34,485 nucleotides of DNA from the NCBI GenBank assembly GCA_002717305.1, contig PBDH01000019.1, forward strand, positions 15,537 through 50,021, read 5' to 3'. The position numbers and the translations under genes were made by a program. The notes beneath the pieces are model-generated. The model did not search any database and was not told the origin of the DNA. It saw nothing but the letters and a program-made list of their open reading frames with translations. Each line of letters begins with the position of its first letter. Within the stretch, counting starts at the first letter, position 1. Positions 12,201-22,123 of this stretch are shown here, in pieces. This DNA comes from Gammaproteobacteria bacterium (GTDB taxonomy: Bacteria; Pseudomonadota; Gammaproteobacteria; Pseudomonadales; Litorivicinaceae).

Positions 12201-13747
12201 TTGGTCACCTGTGCAAATTGTTGCCTGAAATAGTCAGCGACGTGGCGCTGTTCAGTCGAGAGGACCGCCATCGGGGTGTCGTCACCCATCGAACCAACCG
12301 CCTCCTGACCGGTTTCAGCAAGCGGCTTGATGACTTGGTGACGCTCTTCCCTCGTGAGGTTAAATAGTTTCAGATATGGCGTTAAGCCTCGTTCTGAGAG
12401 TTTTTTAAGATCAGAAAACGGGTCTTTCATCTCCGTTTCAAAGCGAATGGTCTGCTCACGTAACCACTGTTTGTAGGGCTGACGGCCTTTCAATTGATGA
12501 TCAATATCATCTGCCGTTAACATTTCGCCCGTTTCAGTGTCCACAGCCAAAATCTCACCGGGCCCAACCCGGCCTTTAGCAACGACATCTTCAGGCTTGT
12601 AATCCCAAGTTCCAATTTCGGAGGCAAGGGTCAAATAACCATTTTTCGTTTTGACCCAACGCGCTGGACGCAGTCCATTGCGATCGAGCAGACAGCAAGC
12701 GTAACGACCATCTGTTAAGACTATTCCGGCGGGCCCATCCCACGGCTCCATGTGCATCGAATTATATTCGTAAAAAGCTCGCAAATTAGCATCCATGTCG
12801 TCCACATTCTGCCATGCAGGCGGAATAAGCATTCGGATCGCTCGAAACAGATCCATGCCTCCAGCGACCATAACCTCAAGCATGTTATCAAGACTTGAGG
12901 AGTCTGAACCGGTTGAATTCACCAATGGAAGAACTTTATCTATATCTGGCAGGCACTCGGATTTGAACAAATGTCCGCGTGCATTTGCCCAGTTTCTGTT
13001 GCCCGAGATTGTGTTGATTTCGCCGTTATGTGCCAGCAGACGGAATGGTTGGGCCAATGGCCAACGCGGCAAAGTATTTGTGGAAAACCGTTGATGGAAC
13101 ACACAAATTGCTGTGGCCATCAACTTATCACTCAGATCCGGGAAAAAATTGTGCAAATCGGTCGGCATCATCAGGCCTTTGTAGGAGATCACACGCCGGG
13201 ACAATGAGCATAGATAGTTATCTGCGTTGAAGCCAATCGCCCTCTCTATGAGTCGTGATGCAATGAATAGCTCATTATCGAACTGTTTTCTATCCTGGTT
13301 TTGAGGCTCTACGAATACCTGTTTGAACAATGGCATATTACCGCGCGCGATTGGCCCAAGCCTGGAGGGATCGATAGGGACATCCCTCCACCCGGCGACT
13401 GAAAGCTGGCGCGATTGCAACAGGTTCTCAATTACCTGTATAGCCTGCTTGTCATTCGAATCATCAGGCGATAGGAAGACCATTCCCACGGCGAATAACC
13501 CACCCAATTCGACGCCACATGCATCGACTGCGGCTCTGCGCATGAAGGCATCCGGCATCTGAAACAATAACCCACAGCCGTCTCCTGTCTTACCATCAGC
13601 AGCGATCCCACCGCGATGCGTCATGCGAGTTAGGGCCTCAATCGACGTCATCAATAGGTCGTGGCTAGCCTCACCTTCACAACTAGCGATCAGACCGAAA
13701 CCGCAGTTGTCGCGAAACTCTCCAGGCGTATAAAGACCTTTGGCCAT
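9299..13747 (-). CDS. gltB: Glutamate synthase large subunit
   Basis: DNCGFG (N-terminal nucleophile Cys), [30 protein letters not shown] and [12 protein letters not shown]. Probable start is ATG 13747 after AGGA. Confidence 0.98.
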   Translation of the reverse strand: MAKGLYTPGEFRDNCGFGLIASCEGEASHDLLMTSIEALTRMTHRGGIAADGKTGDGCGLLFQMPDAFMRRAAVDACGVELGGLFAVGMVFLSPDDSNDKQAIQVIENLLQSRQLSVAGWRDVPIDPSRLGPIARGNMPLFKQVFVEPQNQDRKQFDNELFIASRLIERAIGFNADNYLCSLSRRVISYKGLMMPTDLHNFFPDLSDKLMATAICVFHQRFSTNTLPRWPLAQPFRLLAHNGEINTISGNRNWANARGHLFKSECLPDIDKVLPLVNSTGSDSSSLDNMLEVMVAGGMDLFRAIRMLIPPAWQNVDDMDANLRAFYEYNSMHMEPWDGPAGIVLTDGRYACCLLDRNGLRPARWVKTKNGYLTLASEIGTWDYKPEDVVAKGRVGPGEILAVDTETGEMLTADDIDHQLKGRQPYKQWLREQTIRFETEMKDPFSDLKKLSERGLTPYLKLFNLTREERHQVIKPLAETGQEAVGSMGDDTPMAVLSTEQRHVADYFRQQFAQVTNPPIDPLRESIVMSLETCLGMELNPFEETADHAERVILHSPILSAPKMDRLKGFDHPKYGRIQIELAFESSLGLKATIESVCQQSVDAVRSGKTLLILSDRHVTENQWVVSATMATGAVHHRLIEEGLRCCANIIVDTAEARDSHHFAVLLGFGATAVYPYLSYRVINELVESDEIIGDPLELHRNYRKGINKGLLKILSKMGISTIASYRGAQLFEAVGLSNAIVDLCFKGVQSRIAGADFSDFENDQKVRQSLAWSMRKPVPQGGFLRYMHGGEYHAYNPDVIQTLQQAVQTGSYSTYQKYAKLVNERPVATLRDLLTFNQDASRAIMVDMVEPVESILKRFDSAGMSLGALSPEAHEALAQAMNELGARSNSGEGGEDSERFGTSRVSKIKQIASGRFGVTPHYLVNAEVLQIKVAQGAKPGEGGQLPGGKVNALIARLRYSVPGVTLISPPPHHDIYSIEDLAQLIFDLKQVNPKALVSVKLVSEPGVGTIAAGVAKAYADLITISGYDGGTAASPLTSIKYAGSPWELGLSEAHQALRANDLRDKVRLQTDGGLKTGVDVVKAAILGAESFGFGTAPMVAMGCKYLRICHLNNCATGVATQNELLREQHFRGTVEMIKHFFNFVAEETRELMAELGVKTLAELVGRTDLLTQVGGRSQRQAKLDFSSVLYQGPEHEGKPQLCAVDKNPPYDDAPLNQAIVTATRDAVASETGGEFEFTVTNQDRSVGATLSGEISLAHGREGMANPVRVNLYGTAGQSFGVFNAPGLEMSLRGDANDYVGKGMAGGRLVIAPPAGSKFATQETSIMGNTCLYGATGGTLYAAGRAGERFAVRNSGATAIVEGAGDHCCEYMTGGLVIVLGSTGRNFGAGMTGGFAFVLDESRTFVDRYNHELVEITRISTEQMEQYRAHLRSQIHDYIEETKSEWGQTILADFESFVSQFWLVKPKAASLGDLLASSRSGAQ

Positions 13748-13919
13748 ATGTTTCTTCCTAAAGTTACACGACCAATAGGCCGCAACCTCATCCAAAGCAG
13801 GACGTAACACAACCCGCTAAAACCTGATTACCAACCTTACGAACAAATCTCAAAAGCGCCAACAAAATTGTTCGGGTCGATAGGATTCAACTGTTAGAAT
13901 CCGAAAAAAAAGGCCGAAT

Positions 13920-13948
13920 AGTATATGGCCCCTCGGATCGAGGAGCAA
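13920..13948 (-). promoter_or_regulatory. Putative sigma70 promoter for gltBD
   Basis: Minus strand TTGCTC-N17-TATACT. The palindrome CCTCG-GAT-CGAGG (13931-13943) lies over the spacer. Confidence 0.5.
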
Positions 13949-13974
13949 ATGCGCAGTAAGCTCGCGAAAACTAC

Positions 13975-14790
13975 TTATTTATTCGGTGCTAGAGGAATTA
14001 TCGTCTGTGGATAAGCGACGCCATTTTCGGCACCCATCTGAACGAAAACAAATATACCCAGTAAAGCCACAAAAACCATACCGCTCGCAATCAGCCAAGC
14101 CGTTGTGAGACGAATCTTATTCCAACGATATTTGATGCGGCCTCCTTGCAAATTTGTCAAGTCTCTGCGGTCTGTTTCGTTGATTGCCTGCAGTAATTGC
14201 CTCGGCTGCGATGCGTGCTGCCTTAACACTCGGGACGCCAAATCAGATATTTCTGCGTACAATTGGAGATCATTTACGGCCTGCTCCAGATCTTGCTGAT
14301 CCCATAGCGGCAAACGGACAATACTCGGCATACAGCGTAACGGTTTTAGGGACTGTAAACGCGATACTAGCTGGTCCTCGCCAACTAATAAAATCGACCA
14401 TCGACGCCCATAAGCGCCAACGGTCAACTCTTGAAATAATTGCAATACATCATCCTGTAAGTGATGCGAGTCATCAACAATAACCTCTGGAACACCGTAC
14501 TCGAAGCCATGGAATTTTTTACTTTGCAACCGAGCCAGCATATCAATGTTTGTACCCTCCGGGCGCAGTCCCGTAAGTCCGGCCATCCGAAGGACTACAT
14601 CTGTTCGATCTCCGAGAAATTCGCCCTCGAGACGGAGAGAGTTAACCGGACCTCTAAGTATCAGGGCCTCCACGATAGCAGTTTTACCTTGACCGGGCGC
14701 ACCCACCAAAACGACCATGCCTTTAGCCCATCGAACAGCTGACCTAGTGCGTTCAACACATGCTCGCTGAGATCGAACTAGTGACAGCAC
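13975..14790 (-). CDS. ExeA-like P-loop (AAA) protein with C-terminal TM helix, in the position of the AAA-SPOR DamX-like gene
   Basis: Walker A GAPGQGKT, Walker B-like VIVDDSH, ILLVGE, and a hydrophobic segment WLIASGMVFVALLGIFVFV near the C-terminus. Lies between aroB and gltB. Confidence 0.7.
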   Translation of the reverse strand: MLSLVRSQRACVERTRSAVRWAKGMVVLVGAPGQGKTAIVEALILRGPVNSLRLEGEFLGDRTDVVLRMAGLTGLRPEGTNIDMLARLQSKKFHGFEYGVPEVIVDDSHHLQDDVLQLFQELTVGAYGRRWSILLVGEDQLVSRLQSLKPLRCMPSIVRLPLWDQQDLEQAVNDLQLYAEISDLASRVLRQHASQPRQLLQAINETDRRDLTNLQGGRIKYRWNKIRLTTAWLIASGMVFVALLGIFVFVQMGAENGVAYPQTIIPLAPNK

Positions 14791-15854
14791 GCTTGAAGCA
14801 CGTTATCAAGAACAGTCATTGGTACCTGTTCCTCCACAAAGGCCGCCCCAAGTGAGCGCATCAATATTAGCCGTAAACGGCCATCGATATTCTTTTTGTC
14901 AACAGCCATGTGCTTTAAAAAATCGTTGGGGGTCATGCCTTTTGGCGGCTTCACTGGCAGATTAGCACGTTCACAAATCGATACGGTCCTAATCACATCG
15001 GATTCAGAAAGCATTCCCACCATATGTGAGAGGCGCGCCGCCAACACCATTCCTGTTCCGACAGCTTCGCCATGCAAGCAACCGCTATAGCCCAGATGTG
15101 CCTCTATCGCATGACCAAAGGTATGTCCGAGATTTAAAAGTGCGCGAACTCCGCTCTCGCGCTCGTCACGCGCAACTATTGCAGCTTTCATCTTGCATGA
15201 GTGCTCAATGGCTTTTGATAAAGCACTGGGTTCCTTGGCTATCAACTCATCAAGATGACCTTCAATCCAAGATAAAAATTCCACATCCCCTAACAACCCA
15301 TATTTGATCACCTCGGCAATTCCGGCAGACATCTCTCTAGCCGGCAAAGTTTCTAATACATCTGTATCAATGAGGACTGCGATTGGCTGATGAAACGCTC
15401 CAATCATATTTTTCCCCAAACGATGGTTTACGCCAGTTTTTCCGCCCACTGACGAATCAACCTGCGACAACAATGTGGTCGGAATCTGCAAAAAATCGGT
15501 CCCGCGTTGATAGGTCGCAGCAGCAAACCCTACAATATCGCCGACGACGCCACCGCCCAAAGCGACCATAGTTACATTCCGTGAGAATCGCTGGGTTAGT
15601 GCTTCCGAAAAAATGAGATCCAGAGTTCCAATATTTTTATGATTCTCGCCATCAGGGAGAATCACGGTCGCTACTTCAAACGCCTTCAAATTGGATAGAA
15701 CACGGTCAAGATAAAGAGGGGCTATGGTTTCATTAGTAACCAAAAGAAGTTGGTTCCCCTTGATTACTGAACCGAGCAATTCGGAGTCAATCAAGCCGTG
15801 CCCTATGTGAATTGGGTATGTCCGTTCTCCCAAATCCACGTTAAGCGTTTTCAT
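14778..15854 (-). CDS. aroB: 3-dehydroquinate synthase
   Basis: ALGGGVVGD, PTTLLSQVDSSVGGKTG, LNLGHTFGHAIE, HGEAV and DKK motifs. Confidence 0.98.
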   Translation of the reverse strand: MKTLNVDLGERTYPIHIGHGLIDSELLGSVIKGNQLLLVTNETIAPLYLDRVLSNLKAFEVATVILPDGENHKNIGTLDLIFSEALTQRFSRNVTMVALGGGVVGDIVGFAAATYQRGTDFLQIPTTLLSQVDSSVGGKTGVNHRLGKNMIGAFHQPIAVLIDTDVLETLPAREMSAGIAEVIKYGLLGDVEFLSWIEGHLDELIAKEPSALSKAIEHSCKMKAAIVARDERESGVRALLNLGHTFGHAIEAHLGYSGCLHGEAVGTGMVLAARLSHMVGMLSESDVIRTVSICERANLPVKPPKGMTPNDFLKHMAVDKKNIDGRLRLILMRSLGAAFVEEQVPMTVLDNVLQACCH

Positions 15855-16380
15855 GATTTTCTCCCTTTAACCGTTCTATGATTTGTCTCACCACGATCGC
15901 CGGATTAGTTTCACTAGTCTGCACCTGTATAGCTGCATGAGCTTGATAAAACGGCTCGCGCTCCGCAGCCATTGCCCGTAATTTTCCTCTGGGGTCTCTA
16001 ACCTGCAGCAATGGTCTGTTCTTATCATTTTTAAGTCGGTTCAGCTGCGTTTTTAAATCAACCTGCAACCAAATCACTTGGCGTTTATGCCTCGTTAAAA
16101 GTTGCCTATTTTTTTCACGTAAAACTACACCCGCACCAGTAGAAACAACAACGTTACTCTGGCTTACAAGATCAGCAAATACTCTTGTTTCCCGATCACG
16201 AAATCCCTCCTCACCCTCTACATCGAAAATCCAAGGAATGTTGGCCCCAGAACGCGTCTCAATCTCATCGTCTAGATCAAAAAAAGAAACGTTTAGCTTG
16301 GCAGCAAGTACCCTACCCACCGTCGTTTTTCCTGCTCCAGTCGGACCGATCAGTATAAGGGGAAAAGAGATATCTAACAT
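15841..16380 (-). CDS. aroK: Shikimate kinase
   Basis: GPTGAGKTTVG, IFDVEGEEGFRDRE, STGAG and RPLL; directly upstream of aroB. Confidence 0.96.
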   Translation of the reverse strand: MLDISFPLILIGPTGAGKTTVGRVLAAKLNVSFFDLDDEIETRSGANIPWIFDVEGEEGFRDRETRVFADLVSQSNVVVSTGAGVVLREKNRQLLTRHKRQVIWLQVDLKTQLNRLKNDKNRPLLQVRDPRGKLRAMAAEREPFYQAHAAIQVQTSETNPAIVVRQIIERLKGENHENA

Positions 16381-16648
16381 GTATCCTCGATCAAAAAATG
16401 CATAGAAACTGAGAGTTTAACAGCTCTCGTTTCACAGCTCGATGATGCAATTGTGCGAAAAGTTTATAATTTCGAACACTTGACTTTATCCTCAGATTTT
16501 TTGGCTAGTATAAACTTTGGTTTGGTTTGTACTGACCTGATTCGATCTCGTAAACTACTAAGAATAGGCAACTAATTTAATTTTATCACATCGATATTAG
16601 GCTCTTAATTTAGGTACACTTCGGGAGTATGTTGAACTTGGAATACTT

Positions 16649-19072
16649 GTGATAGGGCCCACGCGTTTTTTGATCAGTCTTGGAATTACCACAGCCATTC
16701 TAGCAACGGCCGCGGTAATTGGTGGCTATATATATCTAAAGCCGGGTTTGCCTGATGTTAAGTCGCTCCGTACCGTAAAGTTACAAACACCGTTACAAAT
16801 ATTTACAGCCGACAAACAACTTATCGCGCAGTTTGGTGAAAAACACAGAGATCCAGTTAGTATCAATGAAGTCCCACTCAATCTTATTCGTGCATTCCTA
16901 GCGGCCGAAGACGATAATTTCAGAGATCATGTCGGTATTGACCCCTTTGGCTTAGCTCGTGCGGCTTGGCAGCTGGTATCTAGCGGCCAAATCCAATCGG
17001 GCGGCTCCACGATAACAATGCAGGTAGCCAAAAATTATTTTTTGACCCACGAACGCACCTTCGCCCGCAAATTTCGTGAAATCTTGCTTGCTCTCGAAAT
17101 TGAGAAAACCCTTACCAAAGACGAAATCCTCGAACTCTATTTTAACGTAATTTTTCTTGGTCATCGGGCATATGGCGTAAATGCCGCAGCACAAATTTAT
17201 TACGGAAAAAACCTCGATGAATTAACGTTAGCAGAGGCAGCAATGATTGCGGGATTACCAAAAGCGCCTTCAAAATACAATCCAATCGCAAATCCAGAAC
17301 GAGCTAAGGAACGTCGTGACTGGATTTTAACGCGCATGCTCAATCTTAAATTCATCAAAAAATATGACTTTGAATTAGCAATCCAAGATCCCGTGACCGC
17401 GTCATTACATGGTGTTCACCTGGATCTAACCGCGCCTTATGTAGCCGAAGAAGCGCGAAGGATTGCACTTGGAATCTTTGACGACCGCGCATACACCGAG
17501 GGCCTACGTGTATTCACAACAATTCGTGGTGATTACCAGAGATACGCACAGGATGCTGTAATCCGTGGCCTTATGGATTACGACCGACGTCATGGATGGC
17601 GCGGTACTGAGCGAATACTTTCCGGAACGATGCTATTTGATTGGAAACGACAGCTAAAAAATTTTAATGAGATCGGCCCATTAAAGCCTGCCGTTGTCGT
17701 ATCCGTCACCGAGGAAAAAATCCGAGCCGTTACCTCTGATGAACAATCAGTCACCATCGAAAAGGCCGGATATCAATGGGCACGTGAATACAAAAGCGTC
17801 AATTCTATCGGTCCGGGAATCAAAGATGCTCGGAATTTGGTGGCGCCCGGGGACCTTATCCGCGTAATAGAAGACGAGAATAAATGGTGGCTCGCACAAA
17901 AACCGGAGGTAGAGTCAGGGTTTGTGGCCTTAGACCCACATTCCGGCGCCATCCGGGCAATGATTGGTGGCTTCAACTATTTTGAGTCAAAATTCAATCG
18001 AGCAACTCAGGGCGGCCGTTTGGTCGGCTCAGGAATCAAGCCTCTTATCTACACAGCTGCGCTCGAATCGGGAATGACACCTGCAACACTCATCAACGAC
18101 GCACCGGTTGTATTTGATCAGACGGAGGGTGCAACCGATTGGCGACCACAAAACTCTGGTGGCACGTTTCTTGGCCCAACACGCCTTCGCACTGCCTTAT
18201 ATCGATCCCGTAACTTGGTATCCGTTCGCCTTGTTCGAGAGCTAGGTGTAAGTCGAATTATCGATATCGCTGAGCGTTTCGGAGTCGATCCCACAAAACT
18301 TCCGAGAAATCTTTCCATCTCTTTAGGAACAGCATCTCTTACCCCACTCGATATGGCAGAAATATATGCTATTTTTGCAAACGGTGGATACCGAGTAAAA
18401 AATCATCTCATTGATCGTATCGAATCCACCGACGGTGTTGTGCTCTATCAAACTAGGCCCGTCGGCATATGTAAAAGTGAATGTGATGGACGCACCGTGT
18501 CCATTGATCTTGACCTCGATAACCGAATCCGTCCCGTTAACGCAGATTTGTTTGAAGCAGACTACGCCGACAGAATCGCACCGAGAGTAATTGATGAACG
18601 CATCCACTTCCTGATCAACGACATGTTGAAGGATGTAGTACAACGAGGCACCGCAAAAAAAGCAAAATCTCTTGAGCGATCTGACCTCGCAGGTAAAACG
18701 GGAACCACCAACGATCAAATCGACGCGTGGTTCAATGGTTATCAAAAAGGAATAGTGGCATCTGTCTGGGTCGGTTTTGACCAACCAAAAACCCTGGGGC
18801 GCTCAGAGTTCGGTGGTCGTGCTGCTCTACCAATATGGATTGAGTTCATGAAAAACGCTTTGAAGGACGTTCAAGAGGATGTGTATCAACTACCAACTGG
18901 TGTGGTAGCGGCGCGGATCGATCCAGAAACAGGAGCCAAAGCACGTGCATCTCAGGAAGATACGATGCGTGAATATTTCTTGCTGGAAAATCCCCCGAGG
19001 GAACCATTACCAGAGACCGTAATCCCGGCGGCCGACGGTGAATCACTCCAAACGCCGCAACAATTGTTCTAA
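16649..19072 (+). CDS. mrcA: Penicillin-binding protein 1A
   Basis: N-terminal TM, glycosyltransferase motifs AAEDDNF, GGSTITMQ and RKFRE, and transpeptidase motifs SGIK, SRN and KTG. Confidence 0.95.
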   Translation: MIGPTRFLISLGITTAILATAAVIGGYIYLKPGLPDVKSLRTVKLQTPLQIFTADKQLIAQFGEKHRDPVSINEVPLNLIRAFLAAEDDNFRDHVGIDPFGLARAAWQLVSSGQIQSGGSTITMQVAKNYFLTHERTFARKFREILLALEIEKTLTKDEILELYFNVIFLGHRAYGVNAAAQIYYGKNLDELTLAEAAMIAGLPKAPSKYNPIANPERAKERRDWILTRMLNLKFIKKYDFELAIQDPVTASLHGVHLDLTAPYVAEEARRIALGIFDDRAYTEGLRVFTTIRGDYQRYAQDAVIRGLMDYDRRHGWRGTERILSGTMLFDWKRQLKNFNEIGPLKPAVVVSVTEEKIRAVTSDEQSVTIEKAGYQWAREYKSVNSIGPGIKDARNLVAPGDLIRVIEDENKWWLAQKPEVESGFVALDPHSGAIRAMIGGFNYFESKFNRATQGGRLVGSGIKPLIYTAALESGMTPATLINDAPVVFDQTEGATDWRPQNSGGTFLGPTRLRTALYRSRNLVSVRLVRELGVSRIIDIAERFGVDPTKLPRNLSISLGTASLTPLDMAEIYAIFANGGYRVKNHLIDRIESTDGVVLYQTRPVGICKSECDGRTVSIDLDLDNRIRPVNADLFEADYADRIAPRVIDERIHFLINDMLKDVVQRGTAKKAKSLERSDLAGKTGTTNDQIDAWFNGYQKGIVASVWVGFDQPKTLGRSEFGGRAALPIWIEFMKNALKDVQEDVYQLPTGVVAARIDPETGAKARASQEDTMREYFLLENPPREPLPETVIPAADGESLQTPQQLF

Positions 19073-19821
19073 AACACTCGGACCCTATTCGTCATATCCT
19101 TTAACTTTAAAGTCCATGGAGCCCTCTTTCGTAACCACTTGGGAGATCTGGACACCCATCCTCGAACCTCAAAACGGATTCCGACTTTTATATTCGGGTC
19201 CGCCTCGGGCAAAAGAACACGCAAACGGCCGTCTAATATAAAAGATTTAGGATTGATGATCTCGGTAACGCTACCCACTCCAAATCGAAAACCATTTTTA
19301 TCCAATGCTTGCATCCGTTCCGGTAACTGGCCAAGTGACCAAAAACCTTTCCTTGCGTCACGAGCATCCCACTCGATAGATGACAAACAACTTACCAAAG
19401 TACTCTGGGGGGGGACGGATACCGTCAAGGCAAGGCCCTCAGCAACTAATAATTCGCCGAGATACTTACTAGTCAACCATAAATTGCCTAGTAATCGACC
19501 GTACCGATCCGCCGGCGCGGGCCATGGTGTGAGGTGAACCTTTTTTCCCAATAACCATTCCGTGATTTTCCGCTTGGCCTCTCGCGCAGATCGACCCTTC
19601 CAGCCTGAATCTTTAAGTTCGAAAGAATTGAATCCGGTCAAACGGACTCGAGAACCGTCATCTAATGAAACAGTATCCCCGTCGATAATCCTGTTGACTA
19701 CAAATTTAGGTGATAATGTTTTTGGGGTTGGACACGGAACTGCAAATACAACGCTCGGGTATACAAGGGCAATAAGAATAGTGGCTTTTACGCTTGTTCT
19801 AGTTCGAAATAGAGCGTCCAC
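19069..19821 (-). CDS. Secreted thermonuclease (SNase/ParB-like) family protein
   Basis: [31 protein letters not shown] and ARDARKGFW, with a hydrophobic signal-like N-terminus. The start is uncertain: GTG 19821 or TTG 19824, both inside the end of rpmE. Confidence 0.8.
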   Translation of the reverse strand: MDALFRTRTSVKATILIALVYPSVVFAVPCPTPKTLSPKFVVNRIIDGDTVSLDDGSRVRLTGFNSFELKDSGWKGRSAREAKRKITEWLLGKKVHLTPWPAPADRYGRLLGNLWLTSKYLGELLVAEGLALTVSVPPQSTLVSCLSSIEWDARDARKGFWSLGQLPERMQALDKNGFRFGVGSVTEIINPKSFILDGRLRVLLPEADPNIKVGIRFEVRGWVSRSPKWLRKRAPWTLKLKDMTNRVRVF

Positions 19822-20014
19822 CAAAACGCTTGTTGAAGCGGTCAATGCGACCTCCGGTGTCGAGAACCTTCTGTTTTCCAGTGTAAAAGGGGTGGCACTC
19901 TTGGCATACATCTACGGAAAAGTCTTCGCTCTTTGTTGAGCGTGTTTTGTAAACCGCTCCGCACGAGCAAGTGACCTTCACGTCTGAATACGCCGGATGA
20001 ATATCCGCTCTCAT
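19799..20014 (-). CDS. rpmE: 50S ribosomal protein L31 (zinc-binding type)
   Basis: MRADIHPAY...CSC...[12 protein letters not shown]...[17 protein letters not shown] before ATG 20014. Confidence 0.97.
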   Translation of the reverse strand: MRADIHPAYSDVKVTCSCGAVYKTRSTKSEDFSVDVCQECHPFYTGKQKVLDTGGRIDRFNKRFGGRSISN

Positions 20015-20036
20015 GTGTCTAATCCTCTGTATACTC

Positions 20037-20078
20037 GATGCCGCTATCTCAACCGCTCTGCGCATAAGATGCTGCATC
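20037..20078 (-). ncRNA. Putative L31 ribosomal-protein leader (autoregulatory 5'UTR stem-loop)
   Basis: Minus strand GATGC-A-GC-ATCTT...GAGAT-A-GC-G-GCATC forms an interrupted hairpin in the rpmE 5'UTR, where gammaproteobacterial rpmE has a known L31-binding leader. Confidence 0.5.
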
Positions 20079-20094
20079 TCCAATTAGACGGCGA

Positions 20095-20103
20095 ATTCTA
20101 ACA
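20095..20103 (-). promoter_or_regulatory. Extended -10 promoter of rpmE
   Basis: Minus strand TG-T-TAGAAT just upstream of the leader hairpin. Confidence 0.5.
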
Positions 20104-20128
20104 AATACTAAGGCGATCAAGGAAGCCT

Positions 20129-22090
20129 ATGTCCAGCTTTTTTATCAAAGTTTTTGTTCCCGGACCTTTTTTCGAGCCGCTCGTCTATGTATCGGAAACC
20201 CCCATCGAAGCGGGCATGAGGGTCCGAGTAGCGCTTGGGTCCCGTGAAATCACAGGAATAACCGATGGGGAAACAGAGAAGCCCAAGACTCTGAAAACCA
20301 TCAAATCTATTTTGTCTATCATTGACGAGTATTCGATTATCAGTGAAGAGCAAAGAGATTTAGTTCAATTTGCGTCAGATTATTATAACGCTCCACTGGG
20401 AGATTTGTTACTGTCCAGTCTCCCGGCCCCGATTCGTAGGGGAAGACCAATACCATCTGCAAAGACAGAATCGGGACTCGCAAGACCCTGCACTTACCGC
20501 ATAACCGACGAGCAATCCAAGGCCATCCAGTCCGTTGACGAATCTTATCATCGCTTTCAATGCTTCCTGCTGCAGGGAGTCACGGGAAGTGGTAAAACGC
20601 AAATCTTTTCCGAATTGATCCATAGAGCGTTAGCACGACAACAACAGGTGTTATTACTTGTTCCCGAGATCGGACTCACCGGTCAAATGGTTGAACGAAT
20701 TAGGGAACAGCTGGATGGTCAGCTTGCTGTTTCTCATTCTGGCCTTGCTGACGGTGCAAGGGCCAGAGCGTTCGTGGCGGCCTCAAATGGTGTAGCTGAC
20801 GTACTCATTGGGACACGATCTACGCTTTTCACTCCGATGCCTCGCCTAGGCTTGATTCTGATTGACGAAGAACATGATGGTGCATACAAGAATCAAGAGG
20901 GATGCCGATACTCAGCTCGAGATCTAGCGGTTGTTAGAGCCCAACAGCGCAGCATCCCCGTGGTGTTGTCCTCGGCGACACCATCATTGGAAAGTTGGCA
21001 CAGGGCAGAGCTTGGAAAATACAAACGACTTCGATTATCCTCCCGACCGCGCCAAAGACCCGCGCCGTTGATGCGTCTTATTGATGCGCGTCAAGATAAA
21101 CCAAGAGATGGGTTAACTGACGCATCACGTCGAGCAATTCGGCAAACCATCGATTGCGAGCGACAAGTTCTAGTTTTTTTGAATCGTCGAGGATACTCAC
21201 CCGTCTTAATGTGTAGGGACTGCGGTTGGGTACCGGAGTGCAGACATTGCGACGCTACGCCCACATTACATAAACAACCCGATTGTCTTTGGTGTCATCA
21301 CTGCGACCATCGCTCAAAAAAGCCTATTGAATGTCCTAAATGTTCTGGCACAAATTTAATTGCTATTGGTCAGGGAACCAAGCGCCTCGAAGAAGCATTG
21401 TCTACATCATTTTCTGATGTCCCCATCATTCGCATTGATCGCGATACCACAGCACGCAGAAGAGCCTTTCAAAAGCTACTAGAACCCGTTACAGACGGCG
21501 ACCCTTGCATCATGGTTGGAACTCAAATGCTCGCCAAAGGTCATGACTTTAAAAACCTTTCAACAGTCATTGTAGCTGACGCGGACCAAGGGCTTTCCAG
21601 CGCAGATTTTCGATCCGTTGAACATTTCGTCCAACTTCTGACGCAGGTTGCTGGCCGTGCTGGACGATATCAAGATCGTGGCCAAGTCCTAATCCAGACG
21701 CACCAGCCTGATTCAGCTTGGATTAATCGTATTCTTAGGCAAGATTATGACCAGATCGCAACAGCAATGATCGCAGAACGTATGCAATTTAACTGGCCAC
21801 CAAGCTCACACTTGGCATTGATAACCGCTCGAGCGAAGACGCTTGCGCCCGTTTTTAACGCCCTCGGAGAAATCGCTCAAAAAATCAGAGCGTTAAATAG
21901 TCCGATCAAGATCTTAGGACCAGCTCCTGCTCCTATGGAACGCCGTAATCGCCAATATCACGGACAATTACTACTCCTTGGTAAGCGTTCCGTAGTTCAG
22001 TGGGTTCTGAAAGTAACCGGCCCATGGGCCTATAAAAGGTACGGAAAGGTATTGATTCAGCTAGATGTCGACCCCCGGAATCTTTGGTGA
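20129..22090 (+). CDS. priA: Primosomal protein N' (replication restart helicase)
   Basis: GVTGSGKT, LVPEIGLT, DEEHD, SATPS, four CxxC pairs, GTQMLAKGHDF, QVAGRAGR and DVDP. Confidence 0.96.
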   Translation: MSSFFIKVFVPGPFFEPLVYVSETPIEAGMRVRVALGSREITGITDGETEKPKTLKTIKSILSIIDEYSIISEEQRDLVQFASDYYNAPLGDLLLSSLPAPIRRGRPIPSAKTESGLARPCTYRITDEQSKAIQSVDESYHRFQCFLLQGVTGSGKTQIFSELIHRALARQQQVLLLVPEIGLTGQMVERIREQLDGQLAVSHSGLADGARARAFVAASNGVADVLIGTRSTLFTPMPRLGLILIDEEHDGAYKNQEGCRYSARDLAVVRAQQRSIPVVLSSATPSLESWHRAELGKYKRLRLSSRPRQRPAPLMRLIDARQDKPRDGLTDASRRAIRQTIDCERQVLVFLNRRGYSPVLMCRDCGWVPECRHCDATPTLHKQPDCLWCHHCDHRSKKPIECPKCSGTNLIAIGQGTKRLEEALSTSFSDVPIIRIDRDTTARRRAFQKLLEPVTDGDPCIMVGTQMLAKGHDFKNLSTVIVADADQGLSSADFRSVEHFVQLLTQVAGRAGRYQDRGQVLIQTHQPDSAWINRILRQDYDQIATAMIAERMQFNWPPSSHLALITARAKTLAPVFNALGEIAQKIRALNSPIKILGPAPAPMERRNRQYHGQLLLLGKRSVVQWVLKVTGPWAYKRYGKVLIQLDVDPRNLW

Positions 22091-22099
22091 TGTTAAACT
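22091..22099 (+). promoter_or_regulatory. Possible extended -10 promoter for argS
   Basis: TG-T-TAAACT immediately after the priA stop, followed by the GGAG SD of argS. Confidence 0.35.
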
Positions 22100-22123
22100 C
22101 GCGCCCTCGACTGGAGAGACATA

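Noticed and set aside
13903-13930. Intrinsic terminator GGCC...GGCC-U8 after the aroK-aroB-AAA genes
   Set aside because: A 4-bp stem with an 11-nt loop is too weak, and the region is better explained as the gltB -10 element and start site.
16464-16571. 35-codon minus-strand ORF (LPILSSLRDR...) as a pilQ remnant or small protein
   Set aside because: The resemblance to the secretin C-terminal motif covers only a few residues, and it has a TTG start with no SD. Not supportable without alignment.
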